From: Coleofasciculus chthonoplastes F2-STO-03
GTDB taxonomy: Bacteria > Cyanobacteriota > Cyanobacteriia > Cyanobacteriales > Coleofasciculaceae
Direction of reading: 5' to 3'
Length of the DNA: 59,209 nt
Assembly (NCBI GenBank): GCA_040222015.1
Contig: JAVJWO010000017.1
Location: 1 to 59,209 of the forward strand
Below the pieces are notes generated by a model. It saw only the letters and a program-made list of their open reading frames with translations, was not told the DNA's origin and searched no databases. The position numbers and the translations under genes were made by a program. Position 1 is the stretch's first letter, and each line of letters starts with the position of its first letter. This document shows, in pieces, positions 30,720 through 41,170 of this stretch.

Positions 30720-31024
30720 GTAGGGGCGCAAGGCTTGCGCCCAGGATCATTTCTAAATGATTAAGCTGAGGGCGACCCGATTCAATTGAGTGGAATCGTG
30801 TTGTTCATTGATACAAGCGGGTCGCCCCTACCGCCAAAATCGTTTACAGCTACGCTATTAAGCTGAGGGCGACCCGATCCAATTAAGTGGAATAGTGTTG
30901 TTCATTGATGCAAGCGGGTCGCCCCTACAGTTCATTAAATTCCTCGCCATAGCCATCGTGTAGGGGCGGGTTTAGGGATAAACGTTGAATCAACACCGCT
31001 AACTTTTGTGCAAAACCCGCCCTT
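30720..31024. repeat. composite REP linker, copy 3 (middle hairpin duplicated)
   Basis: The GGGCGACCCG...CGGGTCGCCCCTAC hairpin occurs twice. Confidence 0.9.
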
Positions 31025-31070
31025 CATCATTGGTGTCTCACCCATCATTGTGTCGGGGCGGGTTTAATCA

Positions 31071-32474
31071 TTATTGCCGCAATTTTTTTAATGTCTTGAT
31101 CACTTCCTGAGATGACTTCATATCCCCTTGCTCATAAAACACTTTCGCTGCTTTCTGGAAATCTTCAATTGCCCGTAGTTTATCTCCCAGACGACGATAC
31201 GCAAATCCCCGGCAGGTTAACACCGTAGCATTATTTTGATTATGCTGTAAGACGTAATTAAACGCTTCAATAGCGCCGTGGAAGTCTTCCTGATTCAACT
31301 TGTGTACGCCGATCTTATGGTACTCTTGAGGCGTTGGTTCATCCGTCGCCACGGATACAGGTTCTGGGGAAAACGGAGTCGTCAAGGAGAGCGTTTTCAC
31401 TGTTTCTAAATCCGCGATCGCGCCTTGGTAATCCCCCATCGCCGAACGCACGGTACTGCGTTGGTTATAGGCTTCTGTATAATTAGGATCGAGATTCAAT
31501 ACCTGATTATAGGCATTCAGCGCCGCTTGATAATCGCCTAATTGATAGCGTAAATGTCCTTGAACCATTAAACCTTGAATCAGTTTCGATTCATCATCCT
31601 CAACGGCGTCGGTTTCTTGATTCAATGTATTGGCAATCTGTTGGAAAAATGCCTTCGCCGCCACGGGTTCTAGGCGCATCGCTTGGTCAAAATCCTCAAT
31701 ACTTCCCCAATTTTCCCCTAACTGCAACCGCACATAACCGCGATTCAGAGACGCTTGAGCATCATTGGGGTTCAATTCCAAGACATGATTAAAATCTGCG
31801 ATCGCTTCCTGATAGGCTCCTAAAGCGATGTGATTCATCCCCCGGTTAAAATAAGCCGCCGCCAGATTCGGATTAATCGCTAAAGCGCGATCGCAATCTA
31901 CAATCGCATCTTGATAAGCTTCCAATTCAAACCGAGCAATCCCTCGATTCAGATACCCTTCAGCTAAATTCGGATTCATCCGAATCACTTGATCACAATC
32001 CGCGATCGCACCGTCATAGTCTTCTAATGCCAACCGCAGCATACTGCGATTCAGGTATCCTTTAGCATAATTTGGATCAAGTTGCAACGCTTGATTATAA
32101 TCCTGCATCGCGCCCCAACGATCATTCAACGTCGCCAAAATCAAACCGCGATCGCTATAAGCTTGAGCATTTTGAGGATCAAGCCGTAACACCTGATCAA
32201 AATCCCCGATCGCACCCAAAGCATCCCCCTGACAATAATGACTCATTCCCCGATAATGGTAAGCCTGCACCAAATCGGGATTAATCTGCAACGCTTGGTT
32301 AAACGCCGCGATCGCACGGCGATAGTCCCCTTGCTGAAACCACGCAATTCCCTGACTCAAAAAGGTATGGGCGTCAGATTGCACATCCTTTATCCCAGTC
32401 GAGGGATTCTCAGATACTTTAGAATTCCCTGATAAAACCATCATCTCATCCTGCTGATGCTTGTCGCTAGTCAT
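31071..32474 (-). CDS. tetratricopeptide repeat protein
   Basis: Many 34-aa repeats (AY.NRG...GAIAD.DQ.L.L.P). Confidence 0.92.
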   Translation of the reverse strand: MTSDKHQQDEMMVLSGNSKVSENPSTGIKDVQSDAHTFLSQGIAWFQQGDYRRAIAAFNQALQINPDLVQAYHYRGMSHYCQGDALGAIGDFDQVLRLDPQNAQAYSDRGLILATLNDRWGAMQDYNQALQLDPNYAKGYLNRSMLRLALEDYDGAIADCDQVIRMNPNLAEGYLNRGIARFELEAYQDAIVDCDRALAINPNLAAAYFNRGMNHIALGAYQEAIADFNHVLELNPNDAQASLNRGYVRLQLGENWGSIEDFDQAMRLEPVAAKAFFQQIANTLNQETDAVEDDESKLIQGLMVQGHLRYQLGDYQAALNAYNQVLNLDPNYTEAYNQRSTVRSAMGDYQGAIADLETVKTLSLTTPFSPEPVSVATDEPTPQEYHKIGVHKLNQEDFHGAIEAFNYVLQHNQNNATVLTCRGFAYRRLGDKLRAIEDFQKAAKVFYEQGDMKSSQEVIKTLKKLRQ

Positions 32475-32754
32475 GTCCGTTAACCGAACAGTTTTTCCTC
32501 TTCTTGTTTCGCAGGTGCGATCGCTTCATCCGGATTTGTCATTTGTCATTTGTCATTTGTCATTTGCAATAATTGAACGGTTAGGTCGGGGCGGGTTTAG
32601 TTACATTAGGGTGAAAACGAAATGTTAGTAGTAAAACCCGCCCCTACAAAAGATGTTTTATCGGAACGCTTCTTTTCTCTCTGCTCCCTCTGCTTCCCCT
32701 GCTTCCCCTGCTCCCTCTGCTTCCCCTGCTTCCCCTGCTTCCTCCGCTCCCCTC

Positions 32755-33282
32755 TCACGGTGCCAATTTCCTGACACTAAGGGTTTGCCATTTTTCCACA
32801 TCTTCCCAACTCCGAACAGGTTCTGGTGTGGAAATGGCTCTGACTTCATCAAAGAAAACTTGACTGTAGGGAATAACTAACTCTGTGGCTAATTTTTTTT
32901 GAACGGCTTGATCAAGATGCTGGTACAGCAAACTTAAATGGGGATTAAGAACATAATTAGAGGTTTTAGCCGAGTTATGGCGTAAGGTTTCGGAAATCTG
33001 AGTTAGAATTGCCGATGGGTGAAACTGCACAAATAATGTCTTGGTGTATAGATCGGTATAGCCAACCTGATCGATATCCAGCATAAACCCAGAAACATTT
33101 TTTACCGCTGTTTCGATTAATTCATCAACCGATTCATCAGCCGTATAGTTTTCCGAATAGATAGTGACGTGAGGCTCAAACCTGGGCGCATTATGGGCTT
33201 TAGCTAGAGAGTTGATCATCTCTTGAAAAAAGGGTCGATAAGCTGCTGATGGTATCAGCCAGAATGATATCTTAGTATTCAT
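32755..33282 (-). CDS. 2H phosphoesterase (cyclic phosphodiesterase-like)
   Basis: Two HxT/S motifs: FEPHVT and PHLSLLY. Confidence 0.85.
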   Translation of the reverse strand: MNTKISFWLIPSAAYRPFFQEMINSLAKAHNAPRFEPHVTIYSENYTADESVDELIETAVKNVSGFMLDIDQVGYTDLYTKTLFVQFHPSAILTQISETLRHNSAKTSNYVLNPHLSLLYQHLDQAVQKKLATELVIPYSQVFFDEVRAISTPEPVRSWEDVEKWQTLSVRKLAP

Positions 33283-33555
33283 TTGGTATCTAGAGCTGTA
33301 TATCCCATGTAGGGGCGGGTTTAGGGAAATAATTAACCCATAAATTAATAACTTTTCTACAAAACCCGCCCTTCCCCGCTCAACTGATCACCTAAATCCC
33401 CAATTTACAGAATAGCGATGATGAAAGACTCCGCGCTCGATTTCGAGTGATCGCGGTTAGGATTAGGGCGGGTTTCGTTGTTTAATTTAAGATGGGTTTC
33501 CTCATTTTATCCCTAAACCCGCCCCTACAAGTAACTGATGATCGTATGGGTAAAT

Positions 33556-36513
33556 TCATAACTCATCCTCCGAGAAATCTGACAAGTTCGGTGGAACCAC
33601 AACCCGATCAACCGAAACTTTATGACTTTCCCGTTCACTATCTAAATCTACCGTAATCGCTTCAAACCGAATTTCTACTGTCCCAAAGGGTACAACCAAC
33701 TGAGTCAAGGCTTCTAACTCTCCCGCTTTATTCGGACTTAACTCCATTAACCACCGGGGTCCATCGAGTAGGGAGCGACTTTGACGATCTTGAACCCATA
33801 ATTTAACGCCTAAGCGAGCCGAATGAGGGTTCAATTTAATCTTTAGCAGTACAGGTTCCCCAGCCGCTAGTTCCTGAGTCGGGATGAATAGTTCTGGTGT
33901 GGGTAAGGGCGTCCCTAAGTCGAGTTTAGCCATGTCAGAAGTTCTCAGGTGCGATCGCGCTCCTGTTTCTGTCTCAATGGTTCTTGAACCAACTGGACCA
34001 GACGCTGATGATTCGGTAGTCGGGGGTTCATCCTCAACCACAATTTCTCGCTCCAACAATTCCTCACGATTCAAGGGAGGATGATCGGGTTGGATGGGGG
34101 GTTCGAGTTTCGGGATCTCCTCATGATTTAGACTCCCCACCTCTTCGGTGTCTTCATCCCACATCGATTCATCAAAGCCATTTAATCCTTGATCTTGATC
34201 ATCAGAGGATGGCGGAATTTCTTCGGGTTGAGCAAATAATGGATCAACCTCTGGCTCGGATAGTTCCCCTTCCAACTCAACCAACTCCTCGCTAGAGGGT
34301 AACTCCACTTTCAGCCATTCAGCTAAATCCGTATCCGTCATTAACGCATTCAAACGCCCCCAGAATCGCTCATTCAGGTTGAGTTCAGTGAAAGCGCGAT
34401 CAACCGCGATCGGATCTTGATCGATGGGTGCAGCACTTGACATCGCGGCTGTTTTCCACTCGGATAAGTCTGAATTCGCTATCTCTTCTCCCTGAGAGGA
34501 TTCGGGTTCCGCTTTTGGTGTTGATGTCCAGACATCGGATATCTCGGTGGACTCTGTAGAAGCCTGTTCAGATGTTTCTGCTAAGGCGGCGAGATTGTCC
34601 TCTAGGGGGGGCGTTTCATTTGAGGGTTCAGCGGACTCAGTTCCGGTTTCCGCCTGCACAGAGGCTTCAGTGACAGCCGTGTTAGGAACAGAGATATTCT
34701 CGTTTGTTTCCCCCTCGCCTGTTTCCTGCACCAGAGATTCGGTGACAGATGAGTCGATTACGAAGTCTTCTGTTGTATCGTCGGGTGCTGAAGGCGTTGT
34801 TTCGGTTGTCTGTTTATCGGTGGGTTCAACAGCTTGCGATCGCGTTTCTGTTTCTGGCTGGATTTGATCAAGGGATTCCGATGCTTTTCCTGGGGTTGGT
34901 TTGGGCTGAGAAAAGGTAGGCAAATCCAGGGATTTGGTTAATCCGGGCTGGGATTGGGGGTGATAAAGCTGTGGGGGTAAAGGTTGATGGGATGAGGGTT
35001 GGTAGATTAAAGGCTTACGGCTGTTCGGATTATCAACCAGATCAAGAAATATCTGATTCAGAGGAATTGACTGTGACGTGGGTTGTGGGGTAGAAATTTT
35101 AGGAGTTGTGTCTTCCGATTTTGTCCAATTTCCCGATTGAACCGCAACTAACAATTCATCTAAATCTACCGTGACTGTAAACGGTTGACTGGCTAATGCT
35201 GTCCCCGTTGATTCGTACAGGTTAACTTTTCCTAGTAATAAACAGGTTTTGCTGTCTGAGGGAATCTCTAGAGTCTGGCTAAAAGTGACGGGAAATGCGG
35301 GTGCAGCTATGGGTGTTCGTACATCCACGACAACCTCTCCGGTTTGCGGATGACGTAATTCATAGTGTAGGATGCCCTGAAACTGATTCGTCTCACTGGG
35401 TACAGTTTCCCTAGAGTCTAGCTGATGCACATTGAACTGATCCACCTGTCCGGCTACCGTCAAGGATTCTCCCCGTTGGGTGACTAAAGCTTCCTCCTCT
35501 AAGGTTAATGTTAATCCTTGCCATAGCGTCTCCTCTGGTGAGGAAAATTCAGATTCTGTGGGGATGGGAATGGGCAATTCTGAAGACTCAGAGGCTTCAA
35601 ATTCTTTGATCACCGGATCAAGTACCTGTTGCAACACTTGCTCTAGCATTTGCAGGGATTGATCCAAGATGGGGTTTGAGATAGGAGATGGGGAAGAGTT
35701 AGAGGTTTGGATGGGGATATCGGGTTCGGGAATCCCTAACTCAGGTAAGGCTTCTGGGGAGGGAGAGGGGGCGTTTTTTTCTAGTGGTGTCGTTTCCTCT
35801 TCATCCCCAGTTTTGCCATTTGTTGGTTGGGAAAGGGAGTGTTCTGTATCCGTTGGCGAGGTTTCTGTCGCCGCTATAGGGGTTTGAGGGAGGGGCTGAG
35901 TTTGGGGTAAGGTGATGGTCTCAGTTAAGCGAGGTAATTCAGTTGGAGAGAGGGATTGGGCGGATTGGGTGACAGGGTGAGACGAGTCCAGTGAACCATT
36001 ATCCGCGATCGCAGGTTGCTCTTGTGTCTCTGGGCTATGGAGGGAAGTGATCAATGGCGGGTGAAGTTCCTCAGGATGCGCGGAGTCATTATTTACCGTT
36101 TCAGAAGTGATCTCATCTCCTTCTGCCTTCTCTGCGCCTTCTGCCTGATTGAAAACCTCACTCACCTTAGGTACAACTGATAACTGTACCGTTTCCTGCC
36201 AGGAATTGCCCAGAAAATCGGACATAATATCGCCACAGCAGCGCAACTCCCACAGACCGGGCTTAAGATAGGTAAAGGGAATAATCACCATTAACCCATC
36301 AGGGTTAGTACGGCGCGATCGCTTTTGATACCGTCGCTTAGGTGGTGTTTGATTAGTATCGGTATGCGTCACGCAAATTTCCACATCGGTGTTGGCGAGA
36401 CTCGAATGAGCCACTACCCGGTATCGACCCACATCCAAGTCAAGCTTAGGGGATTTGATCGGTAACCAAGTGCGATCGCCCTCTTTTTGGAGTAGAAATT
36501 CCCAATAGTCCAT
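33556..36513 (-). CDS. large acidic conserved cyanobacterial hypothetical protein
   Basis: 985-aa ORF with globular-looking ends (WEFLLQKEGDR..., KLWVQDRQSRSLLDGPRWL) and low-complexity E/P/S/T linkers. Confidence 0.8.
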   Translation of the reverse strand: MDYWEFLLQKEGDRTWLPIKSPKLDLDVGRYRVVAHSSLANTDVEICVTHTDTNQTPPKRRYQKRSRRTNPDGLMVIIPFTYLKPGLWELRCCGDIMSDFLGNSWQETVQLSVVPKVSEVFNQAEGAEKAEGDEITSETVNNDSAHPEELHPPLITSLHSPETQEQPAIADNGSLDSSHPVTQSAQSLSPTELPRLTETITLPQTQPLPQTPIAATETSPTDTEHSLSQPTNGKTGDEEETTPLEKNAPSPSPEALPELGIPEPDIPIQTSNSSPSPISNPILDQSLQMLEQVLQQVLDPVIKEFEASESSELPIPIPTESEFSSPEETLWQGLTLTLEEEALVTQRGESLTVAGQVDQFNVHQLDSRETVPSETNQFQGILHYELRHPQTGEVVVDVRTPIAAPAFPVTFSQTLEIPSDSKTCLLLGKVNLYESTGTALASQPFTVTVDLDELLVAVQSGNWTKSEDTTPKISTPQPTSQSIPLNQIFLDLVDNPNSRKPLIYQPSSHQPLPPQLYHPQSQPGLTKSLDLPTFSQPKPTPGKASESLDQIQPETETRSQAVEPTDKQTTETTPSAPDDTTEDFVIDSSVTESLVQETGEGETNENISVPNTAVTEASVQAETGTESAEPSNETPPLEDNLAALAETSEQASTESTEISDVWTSTPKAEPESSQGEEIANSDLSEWKTAAMSSAAPIDQDPIAVDRAFTELNLNERFWGRLNALMTDTDLAEWLKVELPSSEELVELEGELSEPEVDPLFAQPEEIPPSSDDQDQGLNGFDESMWDEDTEEVGSLNHEEIPKLEPPIQPDHPPLNREELLEREIVVEDEPPTTESSASGPVGSRTIETETGARSHLRTSDMAKLDLGTPLPTPELFIPTQELAAGEPVLLKIKLNPHSARLGVKLWVQDRQSRSLLDGPRWLMELSPNKAGELEALTQLVVPFGTVEIRFEAITVDLDSERESHKVSVDRVVVPPNLSDFSEDEL

Positions 36514-36532
36514 AATCGTTAACGATTCTTGA

Positions 36533-36784
36533 TTAAGTCGTGAGTAGGTTATAGTGAGTCAAAATTTGGTTAACTCGTTCTCGACTCACCGCATCAGAAT
36601 CATCAGCATGTTGAATCCATAACCCCTCTACTTGACTTTGATTGTAATCAAACGTCTGGGACATTTGGGGGATTAGCTCAACGTCTACTCCTTCTACTTG
36701 CCGTAAATGAGCCGCCACCTCTCGATAAACGGCTAAAGGTAATCTCGAACCAGATACATAGTATCGTAGTGATTGGCTTGCCAC
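36533..36784 (-). CDS. conserved cyanobacterial hypothetical protein
   Basis: LPLAVYREVAAHLRQVEGV...FDY.QSQV motif. Start uncertain. Confidence 0.7.
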   Translation of the reverse strand: MASQSLRYYVSGSRLPLAVYREVAAHLRQVEGVDVELIPQMSQTFDYNQSQVEGLWIQHADDSDAVSRERVNQILTHYNLLTT

Positions 36785-36903
36785 AGGCTGTACGTTTCAA
36801 TTCAATCGTTTACATTCTCCCCTACCTTATCGGGTATATCAGAAAGAGACGCGCCATGGCACGTCTCTACAAACACATTCATCAGCGCAAGTAATCTCAA
36901 CGA

Positions 36904-37812
36904 TCACGCGGGTGGCGGTGGCAAGGAACCTGTAGAGGATTCGGCTTGTGCTGGAGTTCCCGCAGGTTCTTCACCCACTTGTCTAGCCACTTCTTGACCA
37001 TATTGCTCCAGAACAACCACTGGCGTCGGACCGCGATTCACTTCAATCCGCTTAACCAGAACTTGTCCGTTGGAAATCCTTTGTCCTTCTTGGACGTAGC
37101 GGCTTGGTTCATTGGGAACTTTGACAATAGCTCGAGGCACATTGCCAATTTGGACTACGCCCTCAACTTCCACTTGCCTAGCTAGTGTAGGGTCTGGTAA
37201 TTTTGGCAGTTCGGGAACCAAGGGAGGGGGTTCCGGAACCGGACTGCCACTGGCTGTCTTACTACCTGGTTTCCCTCCATTACCACCGTTGGCAGTAGTT
37301 CCCCCTGGTGAGGTTGCTGCTCTTGGTACTACATTAGAGCCGTTGCCACCTGTGCCACCTGTGCCACCTGTGCCACCTGTTCTTCTGCTTTGATTGCCAC
37401 CGCCTGGACGACCTGGACTACCATTACCCGTCCCTCTCTGAACTGGAGGCGGGGGGACTCGCGGCACAACAGGTACAGGTATAGATTGTCCTTGTGCTTG
37501 AGGATTAGGCGATACGGTTACTTCCGGCTTTAGGGGAAGGGTAGCAAAGGGATCGCTGCGTCCTTTTTCTACTTTTCTAACTTGTTCCTGGGGTGACCCA
37601 CTTTGGATCAACCCTGAGGCTGTCGGTAATCTGGGCTGCGTGTCTACATCAGGATTTTTAAAGGGAGCGACCTCCGCTGGAGGTTCTGCGCTTGGCGATT
37701 CCTCTGTCGTCGGCTCTGGCACTTCGCCAATTTGTTCAGTATCGTCCCCCTGACAACCTCCCATGTACAATGCTAATACTGTGATCAACCCAACTAATAA
37801 TTTTTTATGCAT
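36904..37812 (-). CDS. Pro/Gly-rich lipoprotein with PilP/GspC-like C-terminal domain
   Basis: Lipobox-like MGGC, R.DPF motif and GVVQIG..RAIVKVP....RYV.EG domain. Start placed at ATG 37812. Confidence 0.6.
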   Translation of the reverse strand: MHKKLLVGLITVLALYMGGCQGDDTEQIGEVPEPTTEESPSAEPPAEVAPFKNPDVDTQPRLPTASGLIQSGSPQEQVRKVEKGRSDPFATLPLKPEVTVSPNPQAQGQSIPVPVVPRVPPPPVQRGTGNGSPGRPGGGNQSRRTGGTGGTGGTGGNGSNVVPRAATSPGGTTANGGNGGKPGSKTASGSPVPEPPPLVPELPKLPDPTLARQVEVEGVVQIGNVPRAIVKVPNEPSRYVQEGQRISNGQVLVKRIEVNRGPTPVVVLEQYGQEVARQVGEEPAGTPAQAESSTGSLPPPPA

Positions 37813-37971
37813 GATCGAGTCCCCCCATATTTTTACAGAAGACACCACACAGAACACCCCAATTAGAAATAAATTTCAATTATTCTCTCTACCTACTATT
37901 ATAGTAAAAGCGTTGTGGAAGCTTTGACTGCCGCGCTGGTCTAGCGATCGCGCCATCATCTTTGACACTTA

Positions 37972-38751
37972 CTATTCCCCACCATTCATAATATTTTTCA
38001 TGGCGTTGAGTCCTTTTTTCATGCGGCGAGACACGGTTACCACACTAATATTCAACAACTCTGCCACTTCTTTCTGAGTTAAGTCATATAAAAAGACAAA
38101 TTCTAAAACCTCACGAGTCCGTTGTTCTAGATGAACCAGCGCTTGTTGCAAGCGAATTTGGTCTTCTTGTGCCAGTTGAAAACTGCGATATCGTGGATCG
38201 GGGACAATATCACCCAAACTGGTTGTGCCATCTTCTTCGTCACCAACAGGCGTATCTAGGCTCAGAGGTTCTCGATTCTGATGAGCTAGTTTAATTTCTT
38301 GCCATTCGGCTAGGGTAATTTCAAGAGCTTCCGCCACTTCTGCATCCGTGGGTTGGCGATTTAATTGCTCTCGTAACTGGCGAATAATAGCGATAGACTG
38401 CTGTTGTAGTGCTAGCCAGCGCCGGGGGATACGCACACAACCGCCGCGATCGCGCAAATAGTGCTGAATTTCACCACGAATGTAGGGAATAGCAAAGGAA
38501 CTAAAGGCATTACCCTTGCTGGGAGCAAATCGCTCAATCGCTCGAATTAGACCTAGACAGCCAACCTGTAGCAAGTCTTCATAGCTTTCTGTACATTGAT
38601 TGACCCAATAATGAGCTTCTCGTCTAACTAGCCCAATATTCAGATACACCAACTGGTTGCGAATCTCTGCGGATTTGGATTGCTGATAGTCTCGCAGCAG
38701 TCGCAGGCTTTCGTGTTTTAGTTCTTGTTCGTGGGTAATGGAAGTCAGCAT
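37972..38751 (-). CDS. sigF: group 3 RNA polymerase sigma factor SigF
   Basis: NIGLVRREAH, EDLLQVGCLGLIRAIERF, YIRGEIQHYLRD and SFQLAQEDQIRLQQAL motifs. Confidence 0.9.
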   Translation of the reverse strand: MLTSITHEQELKHESLRLLRDYQQSKSAEIRNQLVYLNIGLVRREAHYWVNQCTESYEDLLQVGCLGLIRAIERFAPSKGNAFSSFAIPYIRGEIQHYLRDRGGCVRIPRRWLALQQQSIAIIRQLREQLNRQPTDAEVAEALEITLAEWQEIKLAHQNREPLSLDTPVGDEEDGTTSLGDIVPDPRYRSFQLAQEDQIRLQQALVHLEQRTREVLEFVFLYDLTQKEVAELLNISVVTVSRRMKKGLNAMKNIMNGGE

Positions 38752-39229
38752 AGCAAAAGTAAGGGGGTAGAAGCGTACTTTGAGTGAGAACCCTTAACTC
38801 AAGCCAGCGGTTCGGTGGGAAATTTGCTGCTGGAATCTAGAGGTTCGGATCACTACAGGTCAGGATCACTAATAGATTAGCCAGCTACAGCCGTTTTTCA
38901 CAAGTACGGCTACCACAACGCCAGGAAGCAGGAGTAGGGTAAACCCATGAGCTAACGTTTTGGCTAATCTTCAAGGAAAGCAGTCAGTACACCCTAATAT
39001 CGCACCATGTTACAGCAGGACTCCCGTTTGGGGAACAAAATTTAGCTGAAAGTTCTAAGCTTGTATAGTAGTTTATCGAAAGCATACCCCATTCAGTTAA
39101 GTATAACTCATATTTGCGATCGCTCCAGAGAACAGAGAAGCCTCCTAGTGCAGTGAGCAGGGAAATAACTGAACAGCTAACATCTCCCCCAGCTTCCCCT
39201 AACCACAACACTTATTCAGCAGCCCCTAA

Positions 39230-39685
39230 CTAATTTCTTGCCAACCATTTCTGAGCGTTCAATCGCTGTATGGTATAAAACACCAGCAGATCGAGAGACA
39301 CTTTGCGTTCATCAATCATAAATGACTCAAGGGTACTGGGTTTAGCTCCCTTGGGCGAACAGGAGAAGGCTTTTTGCGCCTTTATATCCTCATCGGGGAA
39401 ATATACGTTAAATTGACGCTGACCATTAGCGAAGCGACCAATGACTTGCCAGCAGTCTGGCTGGGTACTTAGACCGGGAATCGTAAATTTTTCCTTGACA
39501 AAATTGACCTCTACATCATCGACACCTTGTTCACCAAAGGCAGTCTTTAACGCGGGTAGGTACTCTTGTTCGATAAATTCCGGGAACGGTTTGTCCTCAG
39601 GTGCTGGCGGTTTCTCTTTTTTGGCTTTAGAGGATTTAGATTTAGCCCCTTGAGCGTCCGGATTAGATTTGTTTTTTTCTGGCAT
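39230..39685 (-). CDS. ndhV: DUF2996 family, NDH-1 subunit NdhV
   Basis: EDKPFPEFI, LESFMIDERKV and RLNAQKWL motifs. Confidence 0.75.
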   Translation of the reverse strand: MPEKNKSNPDAQGAKSKSSKAKKEKPPAPEDKPFPEFIEQEYLPALKTAFGEQGVDDVEVNFVKEKFTIPGLSTQPDCWQVIGRFANGQRQFNVYFPDEDIKAQKAFSCSPKGAKPSTLESFMIDERKVSLDLLVFYTIQRLNAQKWLARN

Positions 39686-39790
39686 AACGACTTACTTGCA
39701 GGTTTTTCTGATAATTTCTCTTTATATTTTTACAGAAAAAGGAGCCATCAATTAACCTGTTGCCCATCTCTTTGCCGGAATTCATCCGGA

Positions 39791-40051
39791 TTAACCGCCA
39801 CTGACAGGGGGGATTAGGACAACCTCATCTCCTGCTTGCAAAATCGTATCCGGTTCAACAAACTGGAGGTTGATACCAAAACGAGTCAAATCCCGCCAGG
39901 GTTTCAGTTGAGGATGTTCGGCGATTAAGCTATCCAGAAGGACAGATACAGGGGTTTGGGCGGGGAACTCCCGTTGAAGTTCAGGGACGCCGTAGGCGTC
40001 TTGATAAGCGGCGAATAGTTTGATGGTGACACAAATCAAAGGCTCGGACAT
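39791..40051 (-). CDS. moaD: MoaD/ThiS sulfur carrier
   Basis: VTIKLFAAY...GDEVVLIPPVSGG. Start placed at ATG 40051 because the upstream extension is repeat-derived. Confidence 0.9.
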   Translation of the reverse strand: MSEPLICVTIKLFAAYQDAYGVPELQREFPAQTPVSVLLDSLIAEHPQLKPWRDLTRFGINLQFVEPDTILQAGDEVVLIPPVSGG

Positions 40052-40185
40052 CCGGCGTGATCCGCTAACAAATGCTCCAATCTTTATCCTAACCCGCCCC
40101 TGACAATTCCCACCTAGCTCCCCCAGCTTCCCCAGCTCCCCCAGCTCCCCCAGCTCCCCCAGCTTCCCTCCTTTGCCACACTGCA

Positions 40186-40740
40186 CTAGGCTGTGTGACG
40201 CACTTTGATCACCGTCTGAGGCAAGACTCCCACCAACAGAGAAAAAGCCTCATTAGGTAATTTAGCAATTGTTTCCGCGTCAAAGAAACCCTCAAATTGC
40301 TCTATCATCTTTTGGGCGCGTTGCAGGGGAACTGGGTTATCCGTAATTTGCATCGTTAATCTCACCCACTGTCGTCGAATCAGATATGCCCGCTTTCGCT
40401 CTTCTGATGATTCTGGAGAGAGTAAAGAAAGGTTCCCCACAGGTAGCACCCGTTGACAATCCAAATCGAATAATCCTCCCACCCCTGAACCGGGTCCAGC
40501 AAATTCAGCATGATAGCGCTTGAATAGAATTAAACCATTCCGACGCCGAGGATTAACGATCAGCAACTGTTGATCGTGAAGCTGCTGAAGAATTTTTCCT
40601 TCCGGTGAGTTGTGGAAATTTGGGCTTTGTTTATTCATGCCACTAGAGCCTTGAGCGTTGGCGAAACTATTGGGGCGGGCAAGCACCTCCTCTTCTTCGT
40701 AAAGAGCTGTTTGGCAACGCTGGTTATTTTCGCTCTCCAT
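40186..40740 (-). CDS. conserved cyanobacterial hypothetical protein (possible Crp-like C-terminal HTH)
   Basis: HAEFAGPG and QRAQ...LLVGVLPQTV pattern. Confidence 0.65.
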   Translation of the reverse strand: MESENNQRCQTALYEEEEVLARPNSFANAQGSSGMNKQSPNFHNSPEGKILQQLHDQQLLIVNPRRRNGLILFKRYHAEFAGPGSGVGGLFDLDCQRVLPVGNLSLLSPESSEERKRAYLIRRQWVRLTMQITDNPVPLQRAQKMIEQFEGFFDAETIAKLPNEAFSLLVGVLPQTVIKVRHTA

Positions 40741-41170
40741 TTCAACTCGTATCGCTTAATTTCAAGGGAGCCGGGATGCACCCAGGTTGAACGCACAACT
40801 AATCAATTCCTTTGGTTATCAGTCTTTGATAATAACCAAAAAGAGAAGTTTTGTTGATCATCTATGTTGAATTACCCTATCAAACCAACTCAGATCGGTG
40901 TCATTTGTTGCTTCTCGACAAATTTATAACTCTATTTTATGGCATACGGTGACAGGTATAGGTCAGATCAATTCCCTACAGATGGCTGAATTGGGGTAAT
41001 ATACGCCTATTTGTTAAGAAATTTTATGAAGATTCGGTGAAGAAGCGGGAACGTTTTTTAAAGAAATGGTAAAGCTGGATCGAGAAACTCGATTCCCAAA
41101 GGCGGCAAAGTGGAGATTATTTCCCCAACTGTGTCACTTACCGCCGTGAGGAAAAAAATTAGCCTTATGG

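Noticed and set aside
40052..40186. N-terminal extension of MoaD (GELGELGEL)
   Set aside because: It is the translated 9-mer repeat; the real start is probably 40051.
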